Program-made: the position numbers and the translations under genes
Notes under the pieces: generated by a model
Seen by the model: only the letters and a program-made list of their open reading frames with translations
What the model was told of the DNA's origin: nothing
Database searches by the model: none
From: Guillardia theta CCMP2712
Taxonomy: Eukaryota > Protista > Cryptophyta
Length of the DNA: 58,787 nucleotides
Reading direction: 5' to 3'
Assembly: GCF_000315625.1 (NCBI RefSeq)
Contig: NW_005434597.1
Coordinates: 193,605-252,391 of the forward strand
Shown here: piece after piece, positions 10,454 to 23,500 of the stretch
How positions within the stretch are numbered: the stretch's first letter is position 1
Layout of the letters: each line of letters starts with the position of its first letter

Positions 10454-12562
10454 TCAGCGCCATAGGTGGAGGGAGTAGGAGATAGCCGACCAGCTGGATG
10501 TGCTTGCTAGCCGCGAGCATGTGCAGACGGCTGGAGTGACACGGAAGAGGAGGGGAGAGGAGAGCCCCTGCAGCTGCCAGTCATCAACCCTTCTGAACTC
10601 CTGTGCCCAGCATCCCTTCAACTGACCCTCCTCCACCCTTCTTCTCCTCTTCCCCTTGTTCTCCTCCTCCTTCCCCTTGTTTCACTCCTCCTTGTCCTCA
10701 GCGGCGGGGGCAGCTCACCTTGACGTAGTCGGTAGGGATGAGAAGGTCGGCTTCCTTCCTCCTGGGCTCATATCAAGATCCTTGCTGACTCTCCTCCTCC
10801 TCTACCTCGACTCCTCGTGCTTCGTCGATCCGCTCGCATACCACATTCCTAGAGCATGCGGCCCAACCTCCACGCGTGCACACTGGATCGAAGAGATAGA
10901 AGTAAGGAATGAGGAAGCGAAGCTGGGTTCGAACACAAGGAGGACGTGGAAGAAAGCAGGCAAAAGCGGAACGAGTGAAAGTGAGAGTGGCTGAGAGTGA
11001 GGGAGAGGGGAGAGGGGAGAGGGGNNNNNNNNNNNNNNNNNNNNNNNNNNNNNNNNNNNNNNNNNNNNNNNNNNNNNNNNNNNNNNNNNNNNNNNNNNNN
11101 NNNNNNNNNNNNNNNNNNNNNNNNGGACAGAAGGAAGGAGAAGGAGAGGGAGAGGGAGAGGGAGAGGGAGAGGGAGAGGGAGAGGGAGAGGGAGAGACAG
11201 AGAGAGAGGGAGAGGGAGAGGGAGAGTGGGGTAAGGGAGGGGGAGAGGTGTTTTGGAGGCTCAGCGCTCATTTCATACAGGATGGAGGAGGGAGCCATGT
11301 GGAGTCATACCTGATCCTCCTCCCGGTAATCGAAGGTTCGTCTTAATACTAGGAAGTCTCCGTTGAGAACATCTGGAGCATCTGCAAGGTATGAGGGGAA
11401 GGAGGCAGTGGGGGGAGGAAGCGGATGAGAACGAAAGATTCAGACAAGATGGAGATGAGCAGGACAGGAGGGAGGATTGGGGTATGGGAGAGGGAGACGA
11501 AAAGGCGGAGAATAGGATGGGGAGGAAAAACATTACCTAAGTGAAACTCGATGACAAAAGGCCCTTTGAGGACAAGCTGAGTGGGCTGGTGGCAGAGGCG
11601 CTGGACAAGAGACTTTCTCTCCTCCTCTTCGGAGATCTGGAAGACGAAGTTCTCCACCAGATCGTCCCCGAAGGCCCAGGGAGATCTGCGAGGAAGTTCA
11701 AGTTCCATCCTCCTCGTCTCCCTCCGTATGCTCCAGCTGCCCCACGTCCAGCTGCCGTTTGAGTCAGCGTCGCCCAGCTTCTTCCTCACATCCTCCTTCA
11801 GCTCAATGGCCTCCTGCTGCTGCTGCTGCTGCTGCTGGCTCTCTTTCATCATCGTCATCTGAACGCGAATGGTGGAGACGTTGAGAAGTTCCACATGATA
11901 CTCGTGCTCCGCACGTGAAGCGGCATTCCCACAATGCAAACGATCAAGGAGGAAACGATCGCAAGAGACCTGCTCCTGCTCCTGCTGATGCTCCTGCTCC
12001 TGCTGCTCTGACGTCCAAAGCTCAAACCTCCCCTTTTTCTCAGCCTCTGCCACCCTCTTCTCATTTCTTCCTACGTAAAAGTACGTCAAGCTCCCGTACC
12101 AACCCTCTGCCTGGTTGCTCTCCTGTGCATTCAAGCTGTTCTGCACGCTCCCGTGCTCCAAGCTAGCGACGAGCTGATGGTTGAAGGTGATGGCGTCTGC
12201 GAGCATGAGACGATAAGTGTGCCAAACATGCCCTTCGTCGCTGTCAGGAGGAGCCATGTGGGGATGGCGAATGTAAGGCGCGCCGTGAAGGGGCAGAGAG
12301 AAGTTGGCGAGGGCGATGTAGCCGTGAGCCGCGTTGAAGAAGTCCTCCGTCCCTGTCTCGTGGATGCTCTCGCTCACCTGTCATGATGGGAGTGAACACG
12401 AAGAGGAAGGGAAGAGAGCAGAGCAGGTGGGGAGGAAGTAGGACTTTAGGAATGGGGAACACGATGCTTAGCGGGGGAGCACGAAGTGGGGATGGAGAGT
12501 GAGTTGAGGAAGACGAGGACGAGGACGAGGAGGAGGAGGAGGAGGAGGACGAGGAAGAGGAA

Positions 12563-12619
<57 letters not shown>

Positions 12620-12908
12620 AATGAGGAGTATGAGTCAGCTCACCATACAATCCATCCAGAAGCGGTAGTCACCCTCGTAGAAACTCTCTCCTGCTCTTCC
12701 TACTCGACTCGTGATCTCCTGCGATACCCCGACTACATGTCCCCACGATCCCCGGCGGCGGAGGAGCTGAAAATCGGTTCCCCTCTGCGTGGCTGAAGGC
12801 TCTTTGTAGCACGTGTGGAATGTGCCGACAAGGTTGGGAGCGAGCGCGGAGAGCCAAGGCGGGTCCTTGACAAACTGAACCCGAAGACCGACGCTGAGGT
12901 TTAGCTCT

Positions 12909-12957
<49 letters not shown>

Positions 12958-15150
12958 CGTTGTTGCTGCAGACGATTCTGATCTCTGCGGAGCTAAAAAA
13001 GGGCATTGGAAAGTGACTGTAGCCCAGGCGATCCTCATGGCCAACGAAAAGGGAGCGCGCGCGATGATTTTGCTCCAGCTGCGACCTTCTCGTCCAGAGG
13101 AAGAAGGCAGGAAGCGGAGCCTGTACTTGCGGCTCAGCTTCATCGTCGAAGACAATCTGGAGGAGGAGGTTCCAAGGATCCTCTACATCCTTGAGGTCGA
13201 TCTGGATCGATAGAATGCATCCCTTTCCCCTCTCTGCCCACAAGACCGACGAGGAGGCAGCGGGCAGTTTGCGATCATCATCGACGAACGAGGTCGAGGA
13301 GTTGACGACGATGGAGGGGAATGGCAGATGTACGGCACCGACGTGAGAGAGGAGGCGGAGCGAGTCGACGAGGGCCTTCCTGTGCTTCACGGCCTCCCTC
13401 ACGGCAACATTGATCGGCATATCCTCCTCCTCCTCCTTGGTGAGCCCGAAGCGGCGATAGTCTACATCCCAGTAGATCTGCGAGAGGAGAGAGTAAGACA
13501 GAGCCAGAACACCAGAAAAGGAAGGGGCAGAGAAGCGAGGGACGGAGCGTTATCGAGCCTCCTTTCATACAACTTCACCTTAGTAGAGCAGATGGTTTCT
13601 TCCTCGAGGCAGCGGACGGAGTCTTGAAAGATTTGCTGAGCATCGTAGGGAGGAGGAACAGCGAGCGACACTGTGCATCGATGGCGGAAGAGGATGGGAA
13701 CCATGGAAAGGAACCCGAGGGAAGGGTCGCCGTAGCCAGCCAGGGGGTGCGAGAAAGGGGGAAGGCTGAGGGAGGTGAGGGTCTCGAACGTCTCATCCAG
13801 GTATGTCTCCCCGTCAACTCTCATCCTCACCCTCCAGCTCGGCCCTGAGCCGTTGGGAGCATCGAGGAGGGGAATGAAAATGCGGGTGATGAGCCCTGGC
13901 CCGAAGTCATCGAACAGCACCAGCTCCATGCGCTCCGCTCGGAGGAAGTGACTGAAATCGGGCATCCTCGGCAATCCCGAGTCGGAAGACTGGTGCATTG
14001 AAATGCTCCTCCTCCTCCTCAGAGGCATCAGGTGAAGGTTGAGGAAGAGGTCAAGGCCGAAGAAGTCAGCTTTACCCTCTTTGGTGCTATCCTCCCCCAG
14101 GCCCTCCTCCTCCTCCACCTCGAGATCATCGACCATCACGCACTGTGTCGGATCTTGAAAGCATGGTTTCGTGATCTTGTTTTCCTTGTTTGCCATGAAG
14201 AGGAGCGAAGCAGCAGTGGTATGCTCTGCTCGCTCATTGACTATGACGATGGTGAAGTTGTACACTACTCCTCTTTCAAGCTCCACCGTATTCATCGAAA
14301 TGCTTCCTTTAGCATTCCAGATGTCAATGACATGCTGCCCGTTGAGCAGGACGCGGCCCGAGATGTCTCCCGCAAGATCTTCTATCCTGTATCCCACCCA
14401 CACATCCTCCTCCTCCTCGAACACGTGCAGGTTTGGGGGAAAGTCGAAGAAAACTTGAGGACCCAAAGGTTTGTGGGCCCTCTCGAAGTCGATGTCGGGC
14501 AGGGTTCGTATGCAATGACCGTCGTTGGCCCTGATGTCGAGGTACAACATCACCTGTCTGAGGGCTGATAGTAAGCAGCAACCATGAAAAATCCGCCATG
14601 GCATGCAGAGGCAGCATATGGTAATCAATGGTACCTGATCTTACGGTGTGGACCAGCGAGCTCATCCGAGTGAAGCTCGATCAACCACTTGTAGCTGCCC
14701 GGCGGGAGAGCACTAGTCTGCGCTACCCAAACAAGATCGTGGTTGAGGGTCAAGGAGAGCATCATGGTCCCGTACTCGATCTCTTTCGGCGCTCCACCTC
14801 CTGAGATCACCAGAACTTTCGCTGATGCCATGGTATGGACTTCTCTTGGTACACCATACAATGGCCTCATCGCTGTTCCATGACAGTCAGAGGAGGGAGG
14901 AGGTCATAAGACAGGAGCCATGGAAGGATCCCTCACCTATGAAGATGGCCTTGGAGGAGCACAGGACGCTATGATTGGACGGAAAGAGTAACTCGACCTC
15001 CTCCTCCTCCTCCTCCTGCGCCCCTGCCTTCCCTCCATGAAGTTCATCTCCCTCCTCCTCCAAGCTTCCTAGCGCTCCTCCATCAACCATTACGAGGAGG
15101 AGGAGGGGGAGGAGGAGGAGGGGGAGGAGGAGGAGCCGGCGGCGGCGCAT
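10454..15150 (-). CDS. Secreted DUF2961 / glycoside hydrolase family 172-like protein, multi-exon
   Basis: Signal MRRRRLLLLPLLLLPLLLLVMVDG; LFDDFGPGLITRIF, YSHFPMPFFSSAEI, GHVVGV, FYEGDYRFWMD, ETGTEDFFN, YRLMLADAITF...SLEHG; spans the N gap at 11025-11124. Confidence 0.8.
11025..11124. other. Assembly gap (100 N) within intronic GA-rich repeat
   Basis: N run. Confidence 0.99.
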
Positions 15151-15399
15151 GGCGCCCACCAAGCAGAAAGTTTGCGGCAAAAGTTTGAAGTTTGATTATT
15201 CCCGAAAGTCTCAACTTTACTTTTAAAGATAGAAAGTTCCGATGTTCCAGAGTTGTAGTCACAGTTATAGTACGGTCACGATCGGCGAGGCCCCCGGGCC
15301 CATTATCAGTACGGTAGAGTATGGTAGTACCGTTCAATGCCAGGTACTCGCTCTTTACGGCAACTCTCCTTCGCTGCTGCTACCCGGCCTCCAATCAGG

Positions 15400-16851
15400 T
15401 TCTTGCAGATGAGCAGCCCAATGACTGATGGCATGCAGACAGTCAGCCTCGCCGGGGTCACTCCCGGCTCTTGGCAGGGGTCTTCCGAAGTGGCACTGAA
15501 TACTGACAGTATTGAAGTTGGGGCGGCCCTTGAGAAATCCTCGAAAGGATACCTCTCCTCTCCTCTTCCTCAGATACCCGGAAACTCCTCCTCTCACATC
15601 TCATAGCTTGCAGTCGTTCTCCAATCCGATCGGACCAGGGGAGGAGAGTTGAGGTTGTGCCGCAAGTTGCCAGACATGTCAAACTTTCCCCCATCTTCAT
15701 TCATCCCTTCAATCTCTACACCTCCCTATCCTTCGAATCTCTCCCTCCCTCCCTCCCTCCCTCCCTCCCTCCCTCCCTCTCCTGATCTCCCTCCACTCCT
15801 TTCATATCACTGGCAGTGTCCCCCTCTCTATCCCTCTCCTTCCGCCATGCAGCAAGATCCAGATCCCTTGGCTCACCTCCCCGCGGCAGGGTGATCGGGC
15901 TCGACGTCTGAGAACAGGAGGAGATGAACGCCCCTCCTGCTTCTTGTTTGATCCCTCCTCGTTGTGCTGCAGCCGTCTGCCGTGCATGTCCAGCAGACGT
16001 CCAGAGGTGAAGCCGCCGAGGTGGGAAGGAAGAAGCAGTGTGCAGGCACGAAGACGATGGTTGAAGGCCCATGACAGCCAAGTCCTGTTCGTCATGCACA
16101 AGAAGAAACTTGAGAGATGGTCGAGATCGATCCAAGGTCTTCGTCCTCCTCCCAGTGTGCCTCCTCCAGCATCCCCTGCACCTCCCCCAGCAGAGCCCAG
16201 CTCCGGCTCAGCAAGTACGCAACGACCCCGCCCGCCCCCTCCTCGTGCCATGATCGCCTCGGCTGCTCCCACATCTCGAGCTCGTCAGGCAGCAGCGACT
16301 TGTGCGGGGGCTCTGGGAGAGGGTTAGCAATGTTTGCACCCTCGACCCTCACCTGACAAGTCCTCCCACGCGCCTGCCGAGTATCCTACCTCCCTGCACT
16401 GACACAAGGTGGTGAGGACGAGGAGAGGAAGCGATGGTTGTTCGAGCAAGGAGCAGGGGACTGGACGGCTCAACGCAAGGGAGGAGGGGAGCAAGAACCT
16501 ACCTCATGGCAATGCAGCCGAAACCTCAGTTGCTCCACCTCAGTTGAGCTCAGCAGCATGCCGTCCTGCCTGCTCCGTGAGCTTCATCGAGACAGATATG
16601 CTTCACCCTGACGATGCTTCGAAGCACCAGGTTCTCTCGTTGCACCCGCGCCAGGTCCGCCTTGACGTCTCTCAGATGCTGGTGTAAGCTCCCTACCCGC
16701 CTGCTAGCACGTTCGGCCTCGTCCCCCGCACGAAAGGCAGGAAGGAAGACGCGGCATACCTGCGCAGCATGATCGCCTCGCTCATGCTTCTCAGCTCCTC
16801 CTCTCTCCTCCTGTGCAGCAGCGACAGCTCCGTCTCTCGCGCCCCCGCCAT
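15400..16851 (-). CDS. Hypothetical multi-exon protein with N-terminal coiled coil; 3' end uncertain
   Basis: ATG 16851 MAGARETELSLLHRRREEELRSMSEAIMLR|RVGSLHQHLRDVKADLARVQRENLVLRSIVR..., exon VRVEGANIANPLPEPPHKSLLPDELEMWEQ; GT-AG junctions plausible. Confidence 0.45.
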
Positions 16852-16916
16852 CGCCGCCTCTCCTGTTTACTTTGGTAGACCCCCCTGCCTCAGGATCCGG
16901 TTCCCGGTTTATTTTC

Positions 16917-17276
16917 ATGCACCCCCTCCTCCTCCTGCTGCTGTGCGTGTCGAGCACCGAGGCCTTCCTCCCCCTCTCCCCAGCATCTCCTTCTCCTCCT
17001 TCTCCTCTGTCTCGCAGAGCCTGGACCCAGCGCGCCCTCTCGCCCTCCCACTTGCAAGATGTTGGACCGGCTGTTGCGACGCTACTGACATCGGCTGCTG
17101 TGGAGGACAAGCGCGTCTTGTACACAGCGATCTACACTGCAGGCCATTCTCTCGTGCTCGTGCCCTTCCTCTTCTTCTGGAAAGTTGACGCGGAGACTAA
17201 GACGAGGACGGGGCTCATTGCCCTGCCATTTCTCGCTGCATGGATCGCGCTTCTGGGAGGATGGATCCGCTTCTGA
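16917..17276 (+). CDS. Small intronless plastid-targeted two-TM membrane protein
   Basis: MHPLLLLLLCVSSTEA-FLPLSPASP... (signal + AF motif + S/P/R-rich transit), then two hydrophobic segments ending GGWIRF. Confidence 0.7.
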   Translation: MHPLLLLLLCVSSTEAFLPLSPASPSPPSPLSRRAWTQRALSPSHLQDVGPAVATLLTSAAVEDKRVLYTAIYTAGHSLVLVPFLFFWKVDAETKTRTGLIALPFLAAWIALLGGWIRF

Positions 17277-17416
17277 TGACAAGATGGAGGAGTAAGAATG
17301 AGGAAAGATGGAGGAAAGATGAAGAAGGGAGATGGAGGAGGAAGAAAAATCTTCTTGTGCGCGCAGGAGACATGTAGAGAAGTTTGACATTCCTTATTAA
17401 CTCAGTTGCTACTCCT

Positions 17417-19379
17417 TCACTTGCCCATTTTCTCACGAATGATCGCCTCCAGCTTGTTGATGTCTACAGAGAATCAGGATTGACAAGTGAAGGAGAACAT
17501 ACTGCCGTACCTGCTGCAAACTTCCTCACTCCCTCCGCAAGCTTCTCGGTAGCCATCGCATCCTGTAAGACACGGGCAGTCAGCGGGGAGCGAAGAAGTT
17601 GAGCTAGCGATGGAGCATGGAGAGCAGGGAGGAGGGGAGAGGAGCGTGGCAGAGGAGCAGACGAACCTGGTTCATCTCCCAGCGGAATTTCTTCTCATCG
17701 ACAAACACTTGCTGCATGTCCATACTTGTTGCCGTAGAGCTCTGCAGCTTCACAGGGACCTGGGCAAGCAGGTCAGATCCTGTCACTGCCCGCCCTTTCC
17801 GTCACTGTCTTGGCTCCTCCCTTCCTCCATCCCCACCTCATCGTTCATCTTGTCCATCTCTTGAAGCAGCGCAGGGCTGATCGTTAATCTATCACATCCT
17901 GTTAGCGCTAGGACCTGTGGACAGCAAGTTTAGAACCACCACCACCACCTCCTCCTCTTCCTCGTCCTCCTCCTTGCTTCCGTCCTTCGGATCCTGACCC
18001 TCATCCTAATCTCACCTCTCCCACGCTGCGGAAGGAAGCTCCCATGACTATAGTCTCATGCCCGAACTTCTTGTAATAGTTGAAAATCTTCTTGACCGAC
18101 AGGACCTGACAACTCTCACATCAGCAGACATCATCACAATTGCTTTCAACTCATCGCGCAAGGAAGCAAATCAAAAACAATTCCTCCCTCCAATCATTGT
18201 CTCTCAACCACCCAGCGCAATCTCCCCTATTACCCCGGGATCTTCATCGTGCGAATATTCCTTCTTCTCATTGGCCTTGTACCTGACCTGACGTCATCGC
18301 GCAGGCTTCACATGCTCCAACTTTACCAATCGAGGATGCGACCCACAAACGGAGAGATCAAAGTTGCCTTGGCCTGTGCACACGCAACGGCCTGATGAAA
18401 CGTCTCAGTATATGTGTCCTGTCCCGGGAATCTCCTGCGCTCCACCCCAACCTCCCCTCCTCAACCACATGACCTTCCCCATTCCCCTCCGCCCCCCCCC
18501 CCTTCCCCCAAAACCCCCACTCCTCTGCTCGCTGTCGCACCTGATAGAAGTTGAAGAGGAGCGTCATGTTGCACTTGACTCCCTGCTGCTCCAAGATCTG
18601 AGCCGCCTGTTCCGCAATGCCACGTCAGTCTTGCAACACTGAGGACTGGATCACACGGCCCCCACCTGAATCCCCTCCCACGTCGATGCGATTTTGATCA
18701 GAATCCTCTCCTTGGGCACCCCCTTCTCGGCGTAACTGCATCACCTCATGTTACAAAATATCCGACAACCTCCTCGTCCACGTCCTCGTCCACGTCCTCG
18801 TCCTCTTCCTCTTCCTCCCCTTTCGATCTGAAACACCCCAAACCTCTAAGGCTAAGGAGCCAGCCTCCATCCTCCTCTCCCAACTTACAGAGCGATAGTC
18901 TTGTGGGCTTTGGCAATGGTCCCCTGGACGTCGAAGGAGAGACGAGCGTCCACCTCCGTGCTCACGTAGCCCGGAACAATCTTGGTGATCTCCGTGCCGA
19001 AGGCAACAGCCAACCTGTCTGTAGCATCCGAAACCTTCGGAAGTTCAGGAGAGGAGGAGGCACGGGGAGCAAGACTCCCTCACAGACCTTCTCCTCCACA
19101 GTAGCTCCCTTAGCGCTCTTGATCGCTGCCTCCACCAGCGCGCTGTACTTGGGGTCGCTTACCTGCTTCAGGTCACTCCTCGCCCTCCTCCCTCCCAGCA
19201 TCTCACCGCTGCCAAGATGAGCGAAGGGTTCGTCGTCGCGTCCTCAGGCTGCAGGCTGCGGATGCTGCAAACCCCGTGAGACGCCAGGGAGAGGGCAGCA
19301 GCCATGGCAACCTGTCCAGATCGCCTGTGTCGGCAACGATCTTTGTGACTTTCGCGAGCTGCTCTCGGCACGTTGGCAT
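17417..19379 (-). CDS. TAL1: Transaldolase, many exons
   Basis: [104 protein letters not shown]. Confidence 0.97.
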
Positions 19380-19949
19380 GTTTAACTTGACGATGCACGA
19401 AGGGGGTTCTCTGCAAAAGGAGCACCCTTCAGGGAGATATTTCATACAATCGCCAAGATAGCATCTGAGAAGGATGCTGGAGGGGGATCCAGTGCATGGC
19501 CACAGATCGGTCCAGTCCCAACAACTTTCACCATGCACACCCACAATCCCATTCCCTTCTGCGTCTCATCGATATCCTCAACGATGGTTCAAGTAAACCA
19601 AGGCCCCCGTCTGCTTGTCTTCCCGAATTCCCTCTCTGCCCTGTCACCCCACCCAAAAGTACAGATCACACTACCTACGAACCTCCCTATCATCACGAAT
19701 CCCTCGAGTTTTCACTTCCTCCTTCTCCTTCTCTTGCTCCCAGCACCTTCGAGGCAGCTCTGTCCTCATCATCGACCTACCTATCCCTAGCTCACGCCCT
19801 CCTCCTCCTCCTCCTCCTCCTCCCTCCTCCTCCTCCTCCACGGGGGCCGATGACATCACCGTGACGCCTTTCGAACCTGCCCTCATCTCCGCCTAGTCCC
19901 ACCCGGGACAAACATCCTGCACGTTGCAACCCTCTCTCTCATCCTCTTC

Positions 19950-20560
19950 ATGTACACATATTGTTTTTACTTAGTACTCCACTTAAGAAAATACACAAGT
20001 AATCCACCCAGGTTTGTACTTGTCCCTGCCCCTCATCCCCAGAGTCCATTTTTGTTTTGTTTGAACTAAACTTTCTCTCCCCGAAATAGTAATCTAATTC
20101 CTACCCCACCACCGGTTGATACCCCCCAGTACCAGTACCATCCAAGATCCTACCCCACCACCTCAAATAGATTGTTTTGACCCAGAATATAACGGGTGCC
20201 TTCATGAGACTTTGGTTACCCACACCCACTGCAAGTCGCCCCCCACCCGAATTTTTTGAGGGTGGGGTCCACCCATACTCATAGCACCCCCACCCCCTAA
20301 AATCGAACATTTCAAACGCTACGCCCTGACATTTTTAGTACTGATTCACAGGGCGTTGACCACCCCCACCCTCAATAATCATTGAACATGTATACCCACC
20401 CTGACTAGCCGTAGGGGTACCCACCGAGGTACCCACCTGCTCCATTGAACAACAGGGCTATGAGGACTCTACTGCAAACTTCCAAGTTTTGAAATTCTGT
20501 TTCTCTTGTTGAAACTTTCTGTTTAAATAGAAAACTTTAAACTCAAGAGTTCACAGGAAA
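19950..20560. promoter_or_regulatory. Divergent promoter region: ACCCC block plus AAACTT/AAGTT cluster
   Basis: Lies between divergent transaldolase and oxygenase genes; clustered ACCCC motifs then AACTT repeats at about 20475-20555. Confidence 0.45.
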
Positions 20561-20572
20561 GAGAATTTGGCC

Positions 20573-23500
20573 CATGGCCATGCGAGGTGAGGCCGAGGAG
20601 GAGGAAGGAGGAGGAGGAGGAGGAGGAGGAGGAGGAAGCAGAGGCAGCCAGGACGAAATTAGGGGTGGAGGAACTGGAGGAGATAGGTATATGAGGAGGG
20701 ACCTGGGATACCAAGAGCATGGTGAGCAGCATGAAAGGCGTTGACTTCGTCGGACTTCGGAAGGAGTTCAGAACGTGCAATAGCTTGGGATATATCGGAG
20801 AACTTTGTAGTAATCAGACGACGGAGAGAGCTGTAGAGACCTCGATAGGTCAGACAAGAGGACTAGACATGTCGTATGCGGGCAAGTTAGGAATAAGGGA
20901 CATGGTTCAGACAGGTAGTTGATCTGACTTCGAATTTCCCGTAGGGCTGGCGACGCTCTTTTGCTGCCTCCTTGGTTTCTTGCCATGTCCGTGGCGCGGC
21001 GATCATCGAAGACCATTCGAGCACCTGGAACTCGGCGGGACTGAACGAGACGCTGGCAAGAGGCTTCGACGACGTCTTCCCGCAAGAACTTTTCGATCGG
21101 GTGGTCAACGAGGCCCTCGTGTTCGAGAAGTACGAGAAGGATGAGCGAGCAAAGGCTGCAGGAGGAGGATACATGCATGGTAAGGGCGGCACCTTCTGGA
21201 GGCCTCTGTTCAACGAGCATGGCGACTTCCTGAAACCGCGGTTCGCGATCGAAGCAGCGATCATCATGCTGTACAAGAACGACATCGGATCGTCGAGGCA
21301 CCCGCGGGTGACAGGAGGAGAGTGGTGGGTGCAGAAGAGGTCGTTGAAGGAGGACATCGGCTTCCACCATGACAAGGACGAGGCCATGGCGTCGCTCAAG
21401 AGCACAATGAAGTTCCCCGAGGTCTCGACTGTGACCTACCTGCGAGGGGAAGGGGCGCCTACGGTGATCTTCAACCAGACGACGCCCGACGGCAACGCGC
21501 AGGTCCCCATCTCACCTCGGGAGGGCTTCCTCTCCTACCCCAGGGAGAACAGGCACCTCATCTTCAGGGGGAACCTCCAGCACGGAGTCCCCGCAGAGCT
21601 CGCCCCTGAGAACGGTGAGAGCGCGGTGCAGCTGCGGGGGAGGGGAGGAGAGAGGATCACGTTCCTGGTGAACTGGTGGGGCACGAAGCCTCTGGGGCCA
21701 AACTGCAACACGGTGAGGAAGAGAGAACAGGAAAGGTGAAGAAGGGAAGAAGCAAGGGGGAAGTGGAGTGGGGATGGGGAAGGGGAAGGGGGAGGGGAAG
21801 GGGGAGGGGAGGGAGCATGAGAGGATCGGGGGGTTAAGTCCAGGGGATGCAGGTGGGGACGAAGCTGGTGAAGCAGCTGGGGTTGTTTGACAAGGAGGGA
21901 GTCCGCGAGCTCTTCCCTGTCGCTCGTCTACAAGCAGCACAAGTCTAAGGCGGATCCAGTGAAGAGATGAGGTGAGGGGAAAGGGACTGCGAACTGCTGC
22001 TGCTCCTGCTGCTTGAGGAGGAAGAAAAAGAAGGGGGGGGGGGCGCTTGGGGGAGGAGGAGCGGGGGGAGCAAGGATCAGGAGCAGGAGGAGAAACAGGA
22101 GCAGGGCGGGGGAGGGGGACGGGGATGCAGCTGCTGACCTTTGCCGCAGATCCCCGAGAGCCCCGAGCTCGTGAGCAAGCATGAGGTAGAGCTCTGTGCA
22201 CTGTTGAGCTAGCAGGGTAGGATGAAGTGTAATGGCTAGGTGGAGATTCCGGGAGGGGAGATGATTTTCTACACGCTCCCTCGGAGGAGGGAGCCAGGAA
22301 ACCTGTACAGCATTACATGGCCATGGCACACGATCTTCGGCAACCTCTGCCGACTGAACCTCCAGGTCTCCTCCTTCCTCTCCTCCTCCTGCTTCTTCTT
22401 CTTCTCCTCCTCCTCCTCCTGCTTCCCCTCTCCCCTCCCCCCCCCCATCGTGTTGCCTCTCCCCTTCTTCTCTTCCAGCTCCATCATTCTACTCCTTACT
22501 GCCCATCGAGCAGGGAAACATGGTCCGAGCGCTCTTCTTCGAACCCCGGCCTAAGGTATTCCTTCCCTCCCTTGCTCTCTCCCTCAGCAAACTTGATTCT
22601 CCTGGAAATTCCCTTCCCCGCTCTTCTTCCTTCCTTGCCGTGCTCGCACTGTTCCATTACCACACCCCTGGTCACTGCCGCCTTCACTAGCTTCCTCGTC
22701 ACAATTCTGAACCCTTCCATCTCATACCAGTTCCCCCCCCCTCTTCACCTCCTCCCTCTCACCTCCTCCGCACCTTCTGGCTGACCTCTACGCAGGTTCT
22801 CGTGTTCACTTATCAGGTCGAGCTTCGTATGCTGTCTCTGAGCTGCTGAGCCCCGAGGATCCAGGAGGAAAAAGTGTTGGAGTGGCTCAAGCCTCTCTCC
22901 AAGGAGCACGAGCAGGAGCTTCGATTCGTCATCGCCAACCCCTCCAAGACTTCGGTCATCTTTGTCCTCCTCTGCATATTCATCCTCCTCTCTCCCTCCC
23001 TCCCCCTCCCTCCCCACTCCTTCAGCCCTTCCTGCTTCTCACTGTTACCGACACCTCTTTCCTCTATCCGTCTTTTCCTTTCTGTCCTTCCCCTCAGTCT
23101 CCCAGCCTCCCAGTCTTCTCTCCTCTTCCTTCTCACCATGGCCTCCAGGATGCCCTCCGAGCCTTCGGGCTGACAGTTGCGGATGTCCCAATCGCCGTCA
23201 TCCACGTCACTCAACCGCAGGTCTGCCATGCTCAACGACGAGGATGAGGACGAGGAGGAGCGTCAGGCTTTTTACCTTGTTGTGCAGGAGAAGAAGTTCT
23301 TGATGCCGTACAAGGAGAAACGAGAGGAGGAGGGAGGAGGGAGGAGGAGGTATCCACCAGCCTCCCTAGCGCAAGCGCTGACCTGAGACATGAAGGATGA
23401 AGCCCTCGGCCAAGTCTATGAGGAAGATGATCAAGAAGTTCAAGGTAACACTGAGAATAGCAGACCTTCTTGCTCCTCCTTGCACGCTCTCTCCGTTTCT

